This document shows, piece by piece, positions 1 to 49,841 of a DNA stretch of 64,000 bases (within the stretch, counting starts at the first letter, position 1; each line of letters opens with the position of its first letter). The position numbers and the translations under genes are program-made. This DNA is from Amoebidium appalachense (taxonomy: Eukaryota; Protista; Ichthyosporea), in the NCBI GenBank assembly GCA_963693365.1, contig CAVNZM010000015.1:1488001-1552000 (forward strand), written 5' to 3'. Below the pieces are notes generated by a model that was not told the DNA's origin, did not search any database, and saw only the letters and a program-made list of their open reading frames with translations.

Positions 1-258
1 AGGGGGAGAGGTTAAATGCGCTGCAAAGTTCGAAATACACATTTACGACGGACAACACAGCTTTTGCTCCCCCCCCCCCACACACACACAAAAAAAAAAA
101 CCCCCCCACAAAAATAATAATAAAAAATGAGGAAATGCAGGTGGGGAAAGGGGTTGGGATGGAGGGGGGAGGGGGGGGAGGAGGGGACAATGCTTGTGCG
201 CCCGCAAGCACGTGTGCACAAGGCGTGTGTGCTTCTGTGTGGTGGGAATGGTAGGAGG

Positions 259-339
<81 letters not shown>

Positions 340-366
340 TTTTGGGGGGGTTAGACGGGACACAAC

Positions 367-3849
<3,483 letters not shown>

Positions 3850-5099
3850 TTTCCTTCTTCTGCCGTGCAGTGACCAGCTAAATCAACCCTCCTTCCTGTA
3901 TTGATAAGGAGATATCAGAAACTGAATTATGCTGCCGTCCACATGACCGGATAGGGGTGGGCGGGCCCCGGTGGGGGGGGGGGGGGGGGGGGGGGAGGGG
4001 CACTTGTGTAACACAACCGCACTCTTTCAAACGAACGTGTGCAAATGGCTGTGGGTTGTGTGGGAGGGGTGGAGAGGGAGCATGGGGGTGGGGGGTGAGA
4101 ATAAGACTGGGCCGGAGGAAAAGGGAGGGAGGGGGGAGGGGGAAGGGGCGGGGGGAGGGGGGAGGGAGAGGTGTGGCAAGGGCGAGCTTCGTCGTAAAGG
4201 AGGAGGGGGCGGGGAGGGAGAGAAGAACAGGGCGAAATTGACTCCAATAGGGCAACAAAACATTCCTTGAGGTATACACCAAAGCTTTAGAGAGGAAAGA
4301 ACATGAATCTGTTAAGCAGGTGAGTGAGTGCCAGAAGCTCTATTGTGCAGGTCGTTCTGGCTGTACAGTGAGAGTGTCTTAATGCGGACTTGGCGTGCCC
4401 GTGCGTCAGCATGTGTGTTCCATGTGTGGGTGTGCGTGCGTTTGCGTGTGCGTGCGTGTGCGTACATAGGCGTGTGCGCTTTGAGGTGGTATTCCATCAG
4501 TGTGCGCTCTGGTGGCCAAGACGATCGCCTTCCTGTAAACACAAAGCACACAAGCGATGTTACAGAGATCTGCGTCTACTGGGCTGAGCTTGTGCGTGCG
4601 TGTGCATTCGTTGGCTTGCGTGTGCGTGCGTGCGTGCTTGTGTGTGTGTGTATGTGTGTGTGTGCCCTTATAGCTTGTTTAATGGACATTCGTCAAGCAC
4701 CTACCTACCTTGACAACAGTGTAGCGCTTGGCGGTACTTCTCAAGTTAATGCTCAAAGGAGCAGAGTTTTTCAAAAACCCGAGGTAGCACGAATGACGAT
4801 TATAACAGAAGTGGCGCAGTTTAGGTTATGCGTAAAACTGGGTAAAAGCTATATGATGTTTACACCTCAGTAAATATTAGTGGGTGAGATGTAGCTTGCT
4901 AATGGTGGTGTCGATTCCGTTTGACCCGCCGTAAGCAGCCTGACTAGCGAAACACAATCAGTAGTAGCGAGAAAACAGCGGTTGAAATCTTTAATGTTCA
5001 CGCTTTAGTGGCTAGCCTGTCCTTCTAACTTCGTATATAAATCTTCTCTCTTATGAGCTCACCGCTGCAAACGTTTAGTCAGCTCCGTCTTCTCTGTTT

Positions 5100-5420
5100 T
5101 CGCTTCGCGCATATCAAGGTCGTTCAGGCCTGATAAGGAGAGTTGCGTGAATACGATCTGCAAAGTTTGCGATGGATTTTATTTTATATAATTTGTTTTA
5201 GGCTTTTGCTCTCTTAAAGCAGAAAATGCTGGGCTCAACAATTGCAGTAATAACATTTCAATCTATCCCGTTGCGCAAAAGAGACGACCCAATGAAAATG
5301 CGCGATCGAAGAAATGGCGCCAGGGAGCCAGCGCACTTTGGCTGGCACTCGTTTCAAAAATCTCTTTGGGTTCCTTTTCCAACAGCAGAGACTCGTAAAA
5401 CCAGGCCGTAATGAAAGGCA
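5100..5420. promoter_or_regulatory. Probable bidirectional promoter between PRKAG and TAF2
   Basis: Repeat-free stretch between head-to-head genes, with a CCAAT box (about 5289) and a YY1-like AAATGGCG motif (about 5312). The TSS is not determined. Confidence 0.5.
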
Positions 5421-5581
5421 ACCTGAAACCAAGACACAAATTCATTATTAAGGGCAATTTACATACCATATTGACCATGTATTAGGATGTTGTATTGTTG
5501 GTGGACATGCTCTCCACATAGCCACATCTTTTCACTGGGGTGTTTCGTCACCTTTTTACCCAGTACACATGAATCAGCAAC

Positions 5582-36690
<31,109 letters not shown>

Positions 36691-36766
36691 AGCGAAGGGT
36701 TCAATGGATGTAGGTGCAGGCCTGGGGGTATGTTTGTTTTTGTTTGTCGGTTTCTTTTTTCTTTTT

Positions 36767-36811
<45 letters not shown>

Positions 36812-36970
36812 GTTGGTGTTGTCTGGTTGTTTGCTTGAAAATGTGGGGTGTCTTTCCAAATTTCCGAATGAACACCCCCTCCCCCCCTCCCCTCCCCCGA
36901 ACGGTTCTTTGATGTTCTTTTTTTTTTTTTTTTTTTTTTTTGTGGGGTGGGGGTGTTTGTGTGTGTGTGT

Positions 36971-37045
<75 letters not shown>

Positions 37046-37895
37046 CGGGTGCAGGGGGAGGGGGGGGGGGGGGGGGGGAGGGGGGGGGGGGGAGGGGGGA
37101 CTGTTTTTTTTTTTTTTTTGTTTTGTTTTGTTTGGCCCCTTCTGCTCTTTGGTGGAAAGGAAATGTTGTTTAGTAAGCATGGATACTGAACTATTGCTGT
37201 AGTGAACCGCATGAATGTTGTGGGGGTAATGGCGTTACCTAAAATAGTGCTAGTGGCAGTTAGGTGATAACTTTTTGACAACAAGTCGGCCCGGAGGGGA
37301 AAGGAGAAGCCCCATATTAGTAGCATAGGTGATAGACCAAGTATTATGGTGGGGTAGGGATAGGGTCGCCACCAAGCCATGTGACATTGGGACCTGTGTT
37401 TAGGGTTTGACATGACAGTTTGCACTGTTTTGACTGCGATTGTATTGGTGGTATTAACAACGCTAATCGGGTTATAGATCGTATCGTTTTTGTTTTTTTT
37501 TTGTTTTTTTCTTTAGTATGTAGGAGTATGTACGTTTCTTGAAGGGCATGAATGTGTTTCAATGGCCAAGAATAATTGTTAGTTAATTAATTACTAAATT
37601 TGGGCATGTTTATCTATCTGGGCTTGGGGTCCTACCGCGAAACTGTGATATCTCGATGCCCTGTGTATTATCTTTTGAGATAATGAATCATGGCGATAAA
37701 ATCAATAAATCCAATAAGCAGCATAATGAATCATGGCGATAAAATCAATAAATTCAATAAGCAGCATTCGATACAGCCAATACAAGCAAATTCTTGTATT
37801 TGCACAAACAAGGGTGTTAAGACGCACACGCCAAGTGAATGCGGAGGGAGGAACGTTCGTACGCACGTGCATACACGCACACGCATGGCTGTGCG

Positions 37896-37939
<44 letters not shown>

Positions 37940-38069
37940 TACACACGTACACACACACACACACGTGCACACAGTAGCGTCGCACTACACAGTGCTACAC
38001 TTGCACAGTCACACACGCTTGTGCACACACACACACAAATACACACACACACAGCCACACGCGGCACAC

Positions 38070-39005
<936 letters not shown>

Positions 39006-39097
39006 TGGCCCGGTACTGGTGGGTGCGTGGGTGCGTGGGTGGGCGTGGGGCCCCGTGTGTGTGTGTACATGTGTGTGTGTGTGGGGTGGGGGGTACC

Positions 39098-39146
<49 letters not shown>

Positions 39147-39180
39147 ATGTGTGTGTGTGTGTGTGTACATGTGTGTGTGT

Positions 39181-39212
<32 letters not shown>

Positions 39213-39304
39213 TAATGGGATTTATATGGATGCCGGATGTTCTGGAATTCGTATGATCATCGAGAGCCATCAAAAAGTTATGTCAAAGGATGTTAAGCAT
39301 GTAC

Positions 39305-39419
<115 letters not shown>

Positions 39420-42265
39420 GATAGTCGAAATGCCACGTGTTTTCCACGCGGGGGCTGGACCTGGTTGTGCATTCCATGGTGGCTTAACCAATCAGAATGT
39501 AGTCCCACTAGGTGTTGCAAAAACAAATGTTAAGACCCCAAGATCTCTTGCAAATACGCCAAGACACGACTTGGTGACGTAATTATAAGCGCTTACAGCC
39601 TGCAGCTGGCTACACTGTTCGAGGGCTTCTTTATCCAAAAGACGTTCAAATCCAGCTTTGTACTCCCTTTTTATAAAACTTTCGAGAGAAGGGAATATTG
39701 TCTTCTTTATACCTGAATCTTTAGAATTTTGAATGGTTTTGCATTTTTGGAAAATTCGAAATCTGGGGCACTAAGGCCGATGATGCCATGATGGCCGGAG
39801 TCATCGTGGTGCGCACCCATTTATACCGTATAAGAGCTATAGTAGCTACCTCGCGTCTTCGCTTTATGATACCCGTCCTACATTCACACTCCTTTAATCA
39901 ATCAATCAACATCAAGCATTCCGGAAATACTTGATTTTCTTTGTCAACTTTTATGTGAAACGACTTGGCGTTTTTATTGACTTGACAAATCGACACTCGC
40001 ACTGGTGATCGATCTTGAAACGACAAACTGAGTCTAGGAGAACGCTAAAGGTTGCTGAGCTATTTATAGAACACCAATCGTATTTCACCAAAGAATAGAT
40101 TGCGGTAAATATGGTTGGTGCATTAACTTTTCTTGTAAATACCCATTGGTGGAGCTGTCTTGATAACAGCAGCGAGCCAACCGTGTACATTCCGGTAGAA
40201 GGTGATTGTTGTTTACCTTTTTTTGCGCCCCATGACTCAAAAGGGCCCGCAATTTCCGCAATTTGGATTGCAGGCAGAAAACGTGCTAATTATTTTTTTA
40301 AATGACATGATCTACCAGGCATAATATATTGCAACTAAGGGATATAACTAAATATACTATTTTTATGCACGTTTTGTACGCTCTTGTTTACAGAGCCGAT
40401 TTTCAATTTGAAATTGTTTCCGTGTGACTGAAGCTTTGTGGCTTAAACCCCATACTCAAACGGACCGCCATGCCTCCTGGTCTTGCTACGTTGACGAGTC
40501 CATTAATTATTTTAAAAATATTTATCACCCAAATTTGTAATTTTTTATTTGAAATATCCTGCAAAATCTTCAACTTTTATTATACTGCAGCACGTTTGCG
40601 ATTTCTACTCTGGCGTGTCAGGTTTTCAGGGGCGTGATCAAAAATGTGCAAATATATCCGGAAGTGCTCACTCGAGGCCCAGGCTTTTGCCAGCCGCGCT
40701 CGTTTTATTCACACTAATTAATTACTACTCTATTACTGCAAGTTGCCGCACAGTAGCACTTTCTGTGAATTCTTAATCTTATAGAGCAAAAAATGATGAG
40801 AACTTGAAACACTATTTCATGGGCGTCCACACGTGGGCTACAGTTGCATTTCAATCTGTCGTGGAGCGGATCGGAACGCGACCGTGGCTGATCGGATCAC
40901 ACACCATTCGATCTACAATTCTAAAAGCTGACGTCACTAGCTCACCTGCCTGGGCCGGCCCCTGTATTTATCTGTTTGCTCACAGGTATTCAATAAAATG
41001 ATGTATCCTCTCTGTCTGTGTATTCCTTTTTTATATTATCATTACATAATAATTTACAAACTTGCTAAAGAGTTTGGTAAAACTAGCTGCCAAAAAAACA
41101 GAAATCTCCTACCTATATACTTACGCGCGGGCCTCCGGTGCACCCAGATTTATCCGTGTCCAAATTTGGAACAGATAGAGAAAACGCTTTTGAGAGTCTT
41201 CATCTGTAGACTAGATGTTGCCACTGAAGCACAAACGCCAAACAGCGCGCCAGCGTAATTCAGTCCGCGTTTTGAAGAACTTGCACATGCCCCTATTCAG
41301 TGAGAGAAAGGGGGCATTGTATTAGTCGTGCTTCTTCGCAGGCGTGAAGACTCTGAGTTGTCTAGAGCAAGAATCTCAGGAGGTAAGTGCAGCGTTTCGA
41401 GTTTTGTGGGGTTCTTTTGTGCCCTTGCTTGTAGTTTTCAATCCCGCTTTTCATGTTTTTTCTTCGTATTTGTGAACGGGCAATTTGAAAGAGTCTTACT
41501 CGATTATTATTACATAACTCTTTCACACATTTGCCACCGTGCTTACAACGACCCACGTCGAACGAATCTCATTAGAACGTTGTGTTTATTTTCGGGCAGT
41601 TTTGCGGGTCTGTAGCCGGTCTTTTAACAAGCAAAAACATACGTTTGTATCAAGAACTTGTCTCCTTCTCTCCGGTGGGAGGTAAAGGAGCGAAAAAAAG
41701 GAAGGAATAAAAAACTCAGTATATCTTCCAGCAAAGAAGAGGGGTGAAAACTAGATGCAGAATACACAGCTTTTTTTTTTGGCGTGTGTGCAACCTGCTT
41801 TATGTCTGTGTGTGGATTAAATATGGAGGAAACACCGCTTTTTCATTTGTGTTCCTAAAATTTGTCGAAAATTTGGAGTCGAGCTGTGTGTTTTTCCTTC
41901 GCTATCAACACACCAACGTTCGACACGTAACTAACACAAAAACTAAGTCAGATACTTATTATTAGCCTGTTGCAACGTTGAAATCCGGCCAGCCACACCT
42001 GCTCTGTTTTAGTGCAACGTTACTTACCCTTCAAATTCACTTCTTGCACTCGTGTTGTAGCTCCACTACTTTTGTAAAGATCGTAACCTAACGCATTTCA
42101 TGCATTATGTGGCCATGTAAGATAATCATTCATTCACTGATATATGAAATCATTCATTCATTTCTCCATGCAGGGTTGCGTTCACCCTCACCGTGTTTCA
42201 GCCCACTTTGCGCACGCATGTGCAATTAGTGAAAACACGGGCGAGTGAGTGAAAAAACCGACAAA

Positions 42266-43571
42266 ATGCTTCTTCCGCTATTCGAGCAAAGGTCCCACAG
42301 GGGGCACCAACAACAGCAACATGAAAATTCACCCCAAACCCACCCCGCGCGGTCGGTATACTACCTAGCGGTGGGGGTCGCCGTGACATTTTCGATCATT
42401 CTGTGCGGGCTTATCAGCGGCGTGCACACCACGAAATACATGATGTTCGTTTCCCTGCCCGAATTATCATTCTCGAAAGAGTTAAATCCCTCTGGTCTCG
42501 TTCTCAACTGGGGCGCTACGCCACGGCTCATGCCCGAAAAACTCCAGGGAGCGATGGAAGAAAAATCCGAAAAAACGGAACAAGAAAAACCGGTTTATAA
42601 CTACAGCGGGAGAGAAATGAGACAGTGGATAGCCTCCCTCCCTATCGTAAACCACTTCACTCCAAGCCCAGATCCGGAGTTTTTTCGAGGCATGGACTGC
42701 CCGTATGTTGGGGAGCTGGGGGAAAACCTAAGAACGGAGGGCTTTGATAGGGCAAACGACACGTTTGAAGCCATGCCGGATGGGTGCAGAAAACATGGTC
42801 CGACGGGGATGAAAATTTGGAAAATGAGCGATATGTGTATTGGGCCGGATAGGGTGTTTGTCGTGGCGAGAAACGAGACGGAATACGGGCAGCTGTTGAG
42901 GTGTTGTTTTGACGGCGAGATTAAAACGGAGGGGTGCGAGGCGAGCGTGGTGGAGAGGTGCCGGTCTGCGAGATGTATGTGCATGATTTGAAACACCCCC
43001 TTTCCCCCCCCCCCGGAAGTATCGACTTAGGTATCGACGGGGGAGCTTCCTAGAAGCCCCGTCTCCTGAGTTCCTATCTATATTTTTCTTGCTTCTGCTT
43101 ACTGCTGCAACTTTAACCCCCGGCCTTTCCCACTGCCCTTGCCTGCATAAGCAACCCTGCTCGTCTCTGATCAATACGGGTGACCTACTCATGTTCAAGT
43201 GAAACAGTATCTGAGTTGGGTTTCGTTAACGAGGGGAATAGGTCGAAACTCGGGTACTGTGGATGACGTGGGCCCCCCCTGAGGATGGGCTCTGCTTATT
43301 ATGCATACTCTTTATGTATGGCTTGCATTCTGCATCGTGTTATCCGTTTGTTCTTGTGTACTTCGTACTTTTTGACGCATTCAAAACCCCCCCCCCCCCC
43401 CCCCCAAATACACACACCTTCCTCTCCTTCGTACTCCTCCCTCACGTGTGCACGGAGGGAGAGAGGGGGGGGGGGGGGGGGAGAAAGAGAGACAAACATG
43501 CGCCGCACACAGATTCATAGGCACGTACACACACATGCTCTCCCCCCCCCTCCCCCCCCTCCCCCCCCCCC

Positions 43572-43606
<35 letters not shown>

Positions 43607-45646
43607 GCGCGCACACACATACTGGCCGGTGTGCATGCACGTGCAGGCCGCACACATGCGTACAATGCCCACACTTAGCGTGATCACACACACACACGAT
43701 ATTTTCCCGATTGTTGGTATCTGTTGTGTGTGTGGGGGGGGGGGGGGGGGGGTTTGGGAGGTCTAGGTGATGAGTGCATGTGGGGTGTGTCTGTGCGCGG
43801 GGGGAGGGTGGGGGGGGGGGGGGGTGGTTGTAGAAGAGCGAGAGGAGGGTGGACGTGCTGCTACGAACATCGTGTTGATATGCCACGTGATCAAAAACTA
43901 ACTGCATCGTCTTCCTTGTGCAGCCAAAATAGGCGGCACGTCCTTAAAGGTGCACCTCGTCAACCAATCGGATCTCATCGAGCGCAATGTTTTTACCTTA
44001 AAAGGCAACAGCTATTGGGTGGCTACACCAACCAGAACGGAGCATTTCGGCCACTGGCTCAACAGGATCATGCAGTTCTTTGCCCTCACACACGTACGTG
44101 CTGTCCTTTTTTTTTCAATTCCCCATCCTCTCTCCTCCTTCCCCCTTCCCCACCAGCCTGCGTGCCTGCCCAGCGCCCGCGCACGCCTGCACACGTGTTT
44201 GCACACACGCAAGTTAACACCATCAAAGAGTGTGTGCACATGCACGTGGCTCTCTCTCTCTCTCTCTCATGCACCACCAAGAACGTGTCGCACACGCACA
44301 CACACACATCCTTATATACCACCAAAGAGCGTACACACACACATTCACATTCACACGCACACGGACACATATATGTACCCTTTCCGACATCTCCCCCAAC
44401 AACGCCACTCCGAATTCATTCATTGTCATGCACACGGTTAAAGAGTTGGAGGGGGAAGAAAAACACATGAGACCGCTGGGGGGGGGGGGGGGGGGGGGAG
44501 AAAGTGTAGGAGTAATGATCAAAAATGGGCCTCGATCTGACTGGTCGAATGCCATGCACAGGATAAGACCGCGCCCCCACTGCCCAAGCTGGACCGGCTC
44601 GTTACACGTCAGAACCGGCCCGTTTCTTCGCATTTAAAGACGGTGGCGTCAACCGTGCTTGGACCGCTGTGGGACAGTTCTATTTATAACGAGGAGATTA
44701 AAGAAAAGCCGTTTGAGATGGTGTGCATGGAGAGGTCGATCGAGGTGCGTGATTGGTTGGTTGGGCATTGAACACTTCTTTAAATGATTGCGTCGCTGTG
44801 TGCAAGAAGTGCTGTCTCTTTTTTCACTTATGTCCCAATTCGCTCAAAACCCAATTCCACGACATGCACATGTTGCTCTGGCGTGTGCATAGGGGAGGGG
44901 GGGGGGGGGGGTAAAACATGACTTGAAACCGCCTGTTCCTTCTTTCTCCCTCTCTCTCTCTCCCTCGCTTCCCCGCTCAGATTTAAAACCTAGTGTGATG
45001 GTATTTGTCCGATTGACTTCTTTGCCTGCTGTGCGCCTATGCGTGATGGGGTGGATTCTGGCAAACTTTTTAGGTTGCTTGGCTTGAGGTAAGCCCCTAA
45101 GGTAGCCCATTTCCTAATGCTTCGCTCTTTTTGCCCGATTGCAGATTGCAGCCGGCCAGCTTGAAACGACTATCTTCACGGACAACCAAGGGGAGCTTTG
45201 GCGCAAATTTTCACGAGAAAACTTTGGGAAATTTGGATATCTCAACGTGGATAGCTGCCCCCCTCCAAAGGCCGTTGTGCTGCAGCGAACAGAGGGTAAG
45301 TGGTCTGTGCATGCAAGACGGCGGCCCCGGGGAGGGGGGGGGGGGATGATATGGTGCAATATGTGTGTGTGTCCTTGTACGTGTACATGCGAAACAAGAT
45401 ATGGGATGAATAGGAGGCCCAGGGGGGGGGGGGGGGGGGGGGCGTATTTATGCGGTAAATTGAGTATTTGAACAGGGGCAGTAATCTAAGATTGTGGTGC
45501 TCGTTTGGCAGGCTCGGGTGCTGTTTTATAATTACAGCATTTAATCTTTTAAACCGTTTTTCTGACTGGTGCATTTATTTCAAGTACGGGTCGGCACATA
45601 ACTTTTAATTATGAGGTTGTGGATCGTGTTTTTATTATTATTGTTG

Positions 45647-45693
<47 letters not shown>

Positions 45694-46177
45694 GTTATTA
45701 TTATGTCAAATATTAACCATTTTTTCTGACTGGTTCATATTATCTCAGGCACTGGCCGGCGCATGATTCTCAACTATGACGTAGTGGACCGTGTTTTGGG
45801 CCGCATGGGCATCCCCTACACAAACATTAGCCTGAGCGGGGAGGACGGATCGGATCGCCAGATCGGACTTTTCAACGATTTCGGCCTGATGATCAGCTCA
45901 CACAGCTCCCAGCTGAAGAATTTGCTGTGGGCGGCAAGGTATGTGTGGAATGTGTTTGGCGTCCACGTTGACCCCCCCTCTCCCCCCCCCCCCCCCCCCC
46001 CCCCCCATCCCTCCCATGCATACACACACACACACACACACACACACTAATGATGCATGCTCTTACGTGTGTATACTTTTCTGGCAAAATCTGTCGTGTT
46101 TTGTCCATCGTGAATGTGTATATAGTGTATAGTGAGTTCTAGCCTCCTCGTTCCCCTCCCCCTCCTCCCCTCCCCCC

Positions 46178-46224
<47 letters not shown>

Positions 46225-47012
46225 CCCTCCCATGCATACACACACACACACACACACACACTAATGATGCATGCTCTTACGTGTGTATACTTTTCTGGCA
46301 AAATCTGTCGTGTTTTGTCCATCGTGAATGTGTATATAGTGTATAGTGAGTTCTAGCCTCCTCGTTCCCCTCCTCCCCCCCTCCCCCCCCCCCCCCCCCC
46401 CCCCCCGGCCCCCCAAAAACACACACACACTCTCTCTCTCTCTCTCTCTCTCTCTGTCCCTCTCCCTCTCCCTCTCCCTCTCTCTCTCTTCCCCTCCCTC
46501 CTGGGCTGAAAGTGCCCGAAAATTGAATTCGCTCAGTCGAATTCTTAAATTCAACTTTAAAAAAAAATGAAATACTCAACGTTTACGATGCCGAAATTTA
46601 ATTATCCCGATTTCAGGAACGCGGTGGTGCTTGAGACACGAGGCACACCCCCGGGCTACATGCAGCCCTCACCGTTTGCGATGGGGATGGATGGATTGGA
46701 CGTGATTTTCCACGAATCAGTGGGCCACATTCCAAACTACGCATCGTGCCCAGAGCCCCACGGGTGCCGCGAGGTGAAAATGTAAGTGCACGATGCTTTT
46801 TTTTTTTGTTTGTTTGTTCTTTACGGGAGAGCCGAGGGGAAGGGGGTCTCTTTTGGTTTTTTATTTTATTGTTGAATAGGGGGGGGGGGGGGGGATATTC
46901 CTACTTTTTTTAATGTTTTATATGGTGGTAAATATGGATTGTGTTGATAATTCGGGAGGTGGGTACGGAGATGCTATTGGAATAATCGTACAGGGAGGTA
47001 CTGGAAGGTCCC

Positions 47013-47051
<39 letters not shown>

Positions 47052-47328
47052 AAGAAAAGGTTCGTTCGAAGTTTTAACGCATTCTTGAAAGCTCATTCAA
47101 ATCAGAGCCGAGGGGGGGGGGGGGGGGGGGGAGGTAGAATGCTCAATGAGTTTTATAAAATCAATGATATTTTATAAATAATTCTTGAAACTAGTTTTGA
47201 TTATAATTTCTATCCCCTGCAGGTACAAGGTGGACTATTGGCTGAATGAAACTATCTTCGAGGAGTCTGTGAAGAGAGCACTGGGCATACAAAGGGAGAG
47301 GTGTGGTCGTGCAACCCAGTGGAGGTGA
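42266..47328 (+). CDS. Type II membrane glycosyltransferase family 61 (DUF563)-like protein, about 557 aa; exons 42266-42974, 43924-44093, 44562-44744, 45145-45295, 45749-45938, 46617-46781, 47223-47328
   Basis: N-terminal TM anchor (YYLAVGVAVTFSIILCGLI). GT61-like motifs: HFGHW, MVCMERSI, VLQRTEGTGRRMILNYD, QIGLFNDFGLMISSHSSQLKNLLWAARNAVVLE (compare RRILN...EQI.LF....IG.HGAGLTN.LF....VIE). All introns GT-AG and in phase. Probable 5'UTR intron at about 41383-42173. Confidence 0.8.
46005..46375 (+). repeat. About 215-bp tandem duplication (2 copies) in a GT61 intron
   Basis: ctaatgatgcatgctcttacgtgtgtatacttttctggcaaaatctgtcg...ctcgttcccctcc occurs at 46047 and 46261; the unique part is essentially identical. 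Confidence 0.9.
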
Positions 47329-47335
47329 AGGGGTG

Positions 47336-47379
<44 letters not shown>

Positions 47380-48141
47380 ATCCACGGGCAACGCGACTGG
47401 TGTGCCGGTGTTCCCTCTCACGAGTTTTCATATGGTAATGGGTGATGTGAGAAAAAGGTGAGAAAATATTTATTGTTAAATGTTTTCTATCGTCACAAAA
47501 ACGATATAACACCACACTTTCTATATGTTACTGTTAACAAGATTAACCTCTGAAGATATGTCTAGTTATCATTTATTGCCGTTAACCAAATCGCGCTGCT
47601 TGCGCGTGCTTGAGGTCAAAACACAGCGGTTTTCTCTCTCTCTCTCTCGCTATCTCTCTCCTTCTCTGTCAAACACCCTAAGGCACTTATCTTTTTATCT
47701 TTGATTGAGAAGCATTTTCTTGTTATACGAAGGGCATGCTTGGGAATTTTTCGTGCAATTTAGTTGCCTGCCTAGATATATAAAGCTGTCTTGTGGATAC
47801 TCAGGTTGAAATTTCACACTTTTAGCATTTTTTTTGTATTTTTCATATCCCGTCTTCGAATGCTGTGCCCCAAGTATTTTACTGCCTTTGATGGTGTGGT
47901 CGATGATTTGACATTGTTTAGTAACCAAAAATCCCCACCGCGAGGCAGTGTTTTTTAAACCATTTACCCGTTAATTGCATTTTTTGTGTTTGTTTTTTTA
48001 TCTAGTCACGTCACCACATTAATCGTAATTTTGGTTTTTGTCTATCCATCAGTTAGTTATTCATTGTGACCACGGTATGGGTATGTTTTTAATTTGCTCG
48101 TTCATGAGCCTTTGTAGAAGTGTCTCGTATTACAGGCACGT

Positions 48142-48177
<36 letters not shown>

Positions 48178-48699
48178 CACAGACAGACAGACACACACGC
48201 ACACACACATGTCATGATGCATTTATGGTATGTGGATTGAAAGTAGTGAAGTGGCAGCGATTCGCTGTTTAAAATGTATTTGTAAGAAATATAATATTGT
48301 TAATTGACGAGATATATTCCCGTTACGTAAGACGGTGTGCGTGTACAGTTAGAACCCTCTATCGTAGTTATGTAAATGCCCGGTGGTGTAGAAATTTCGG
48401 GGGTAAATATCGCCGTCGGTTTTGACATTACCGTCAATTTTCCTGTGTATCTTGCAGAGTCGCTGGATACTTCTAATGATGAATTCAGACGAAAAATAAA
48501 TAAAGGCAAGGCTTTCCCAGGGCCGGAAGGCATAGATATATGTAACTTGGTCTCCCCTTCCCTCCTTGTTTCAAAAGAAAAATTGTTTGATTGTTTATTT
48601 TGTTTTTTTGTTTTTGAGTTTTTGAGCTTCCCATTTACTGGCCCCAGCCTAGGCCTGGTCAATTTGAAATTCAGCCCCATTCATGTGGCACACACACAG

Positions 48700-48745
<46 letters not shown>

Positions 48746-48792
48746 CAATATTGTTCCTTTCCAGATATCTCTATTCAAGGCCCTCCCCCCCC

Positions 48793-48823
<31 letters not shown>

Positions 48824-48901
48824 ACACGCACGCATACACACACACACACACACACAGCAATATTGTTCCTTTCCAGATATCTTTATTCAAGCCCCCCCCC
48901 C

Positions 48902-48943
<42 letters not shown>

Positions 48944-49284
48944 CACACACACACACACACACACACACAGGTTTCTGCTCTGGATAGCATCGAAAGCTCT
49001 CACCGGGACGTATATACAGTTCGCTAGTGACAGCTGAATATTTGGTATTAGCTAAGAATACAAATGAGTCTTGTGCACGTGACCCAATCTGGGCCATCAA
49101 TCTACGTACCTTCTATCTCCATCTCCTCCGAGCTACCCCCCCCCCCCCCCCCCCTTCCCCGCCCCCCTCCCCCCTCCTCCCACCCACCCACGCAGCTCAC
49201 CTTCCCACCCCTCCCGCCTCCCCATCCCCACCCCGGCACCCCCTCCCTATCCTGCTCTTCCTGCCCCTCCCCATCCCCCTCCCC

Positions 49285-49315
<31 letters not shown>

Positions 49316-49806
49316 ACACACACGCCTCCCCCTACCCTCCCCCCGGAACACATGTGCATACACAAGAACAAGCGGACCCACACAAAATTTAAACTGGTGC
49401 CCACACACACACACACACACATGCGCGCGCGCGCGCGAATTCTGGCGAAAGAAAAACAAAAAGAAAGTTTGAAAAAAAAAAGGGTGGCTACAGGCCTCTG
49501 TCGTAAGTAGCGGTCACAGTAGAGAAACGCTAAGACTTTGGTTTTCTTTGTTTTTAATTTTTCTTTGGAAATGAGTTTTGTTTAGAAGGTTATCCGGTCA
49601 TCCGCAATAAGGGGTTTACGCTGTTTGTGACTCGAGGCAAAGAGAGACCAGTCTCAGGTATCGGGGGGTTTTGCTCGGAATATCCCCTCAGCGGTCTATC
49701 ATGACTAAGTACATATATGTCGGGTGGTTATATATATCAGGGTTTTCTTACTCTACGCGTACGAAGCACTATTAAGAAAATCAATTAGTTGGGTTCCCCG
49801 TTCGTT

Positions 49807-49841
<35 letters not shown>

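Noticed and set aside
41160-41185. U6 snRNA-like aaatttggaacagatagagaa
   Set aside because: No ACAGAGA box, 5' stem-loop or downstream U6 sequence; chance similarity.
39580-41300. Repeat-free intergenic stretch as a hidden gene or viral insert
   Set aside because: Only short ORFs without recognisable motifs; more simply the upstream region of the GT61 gene.
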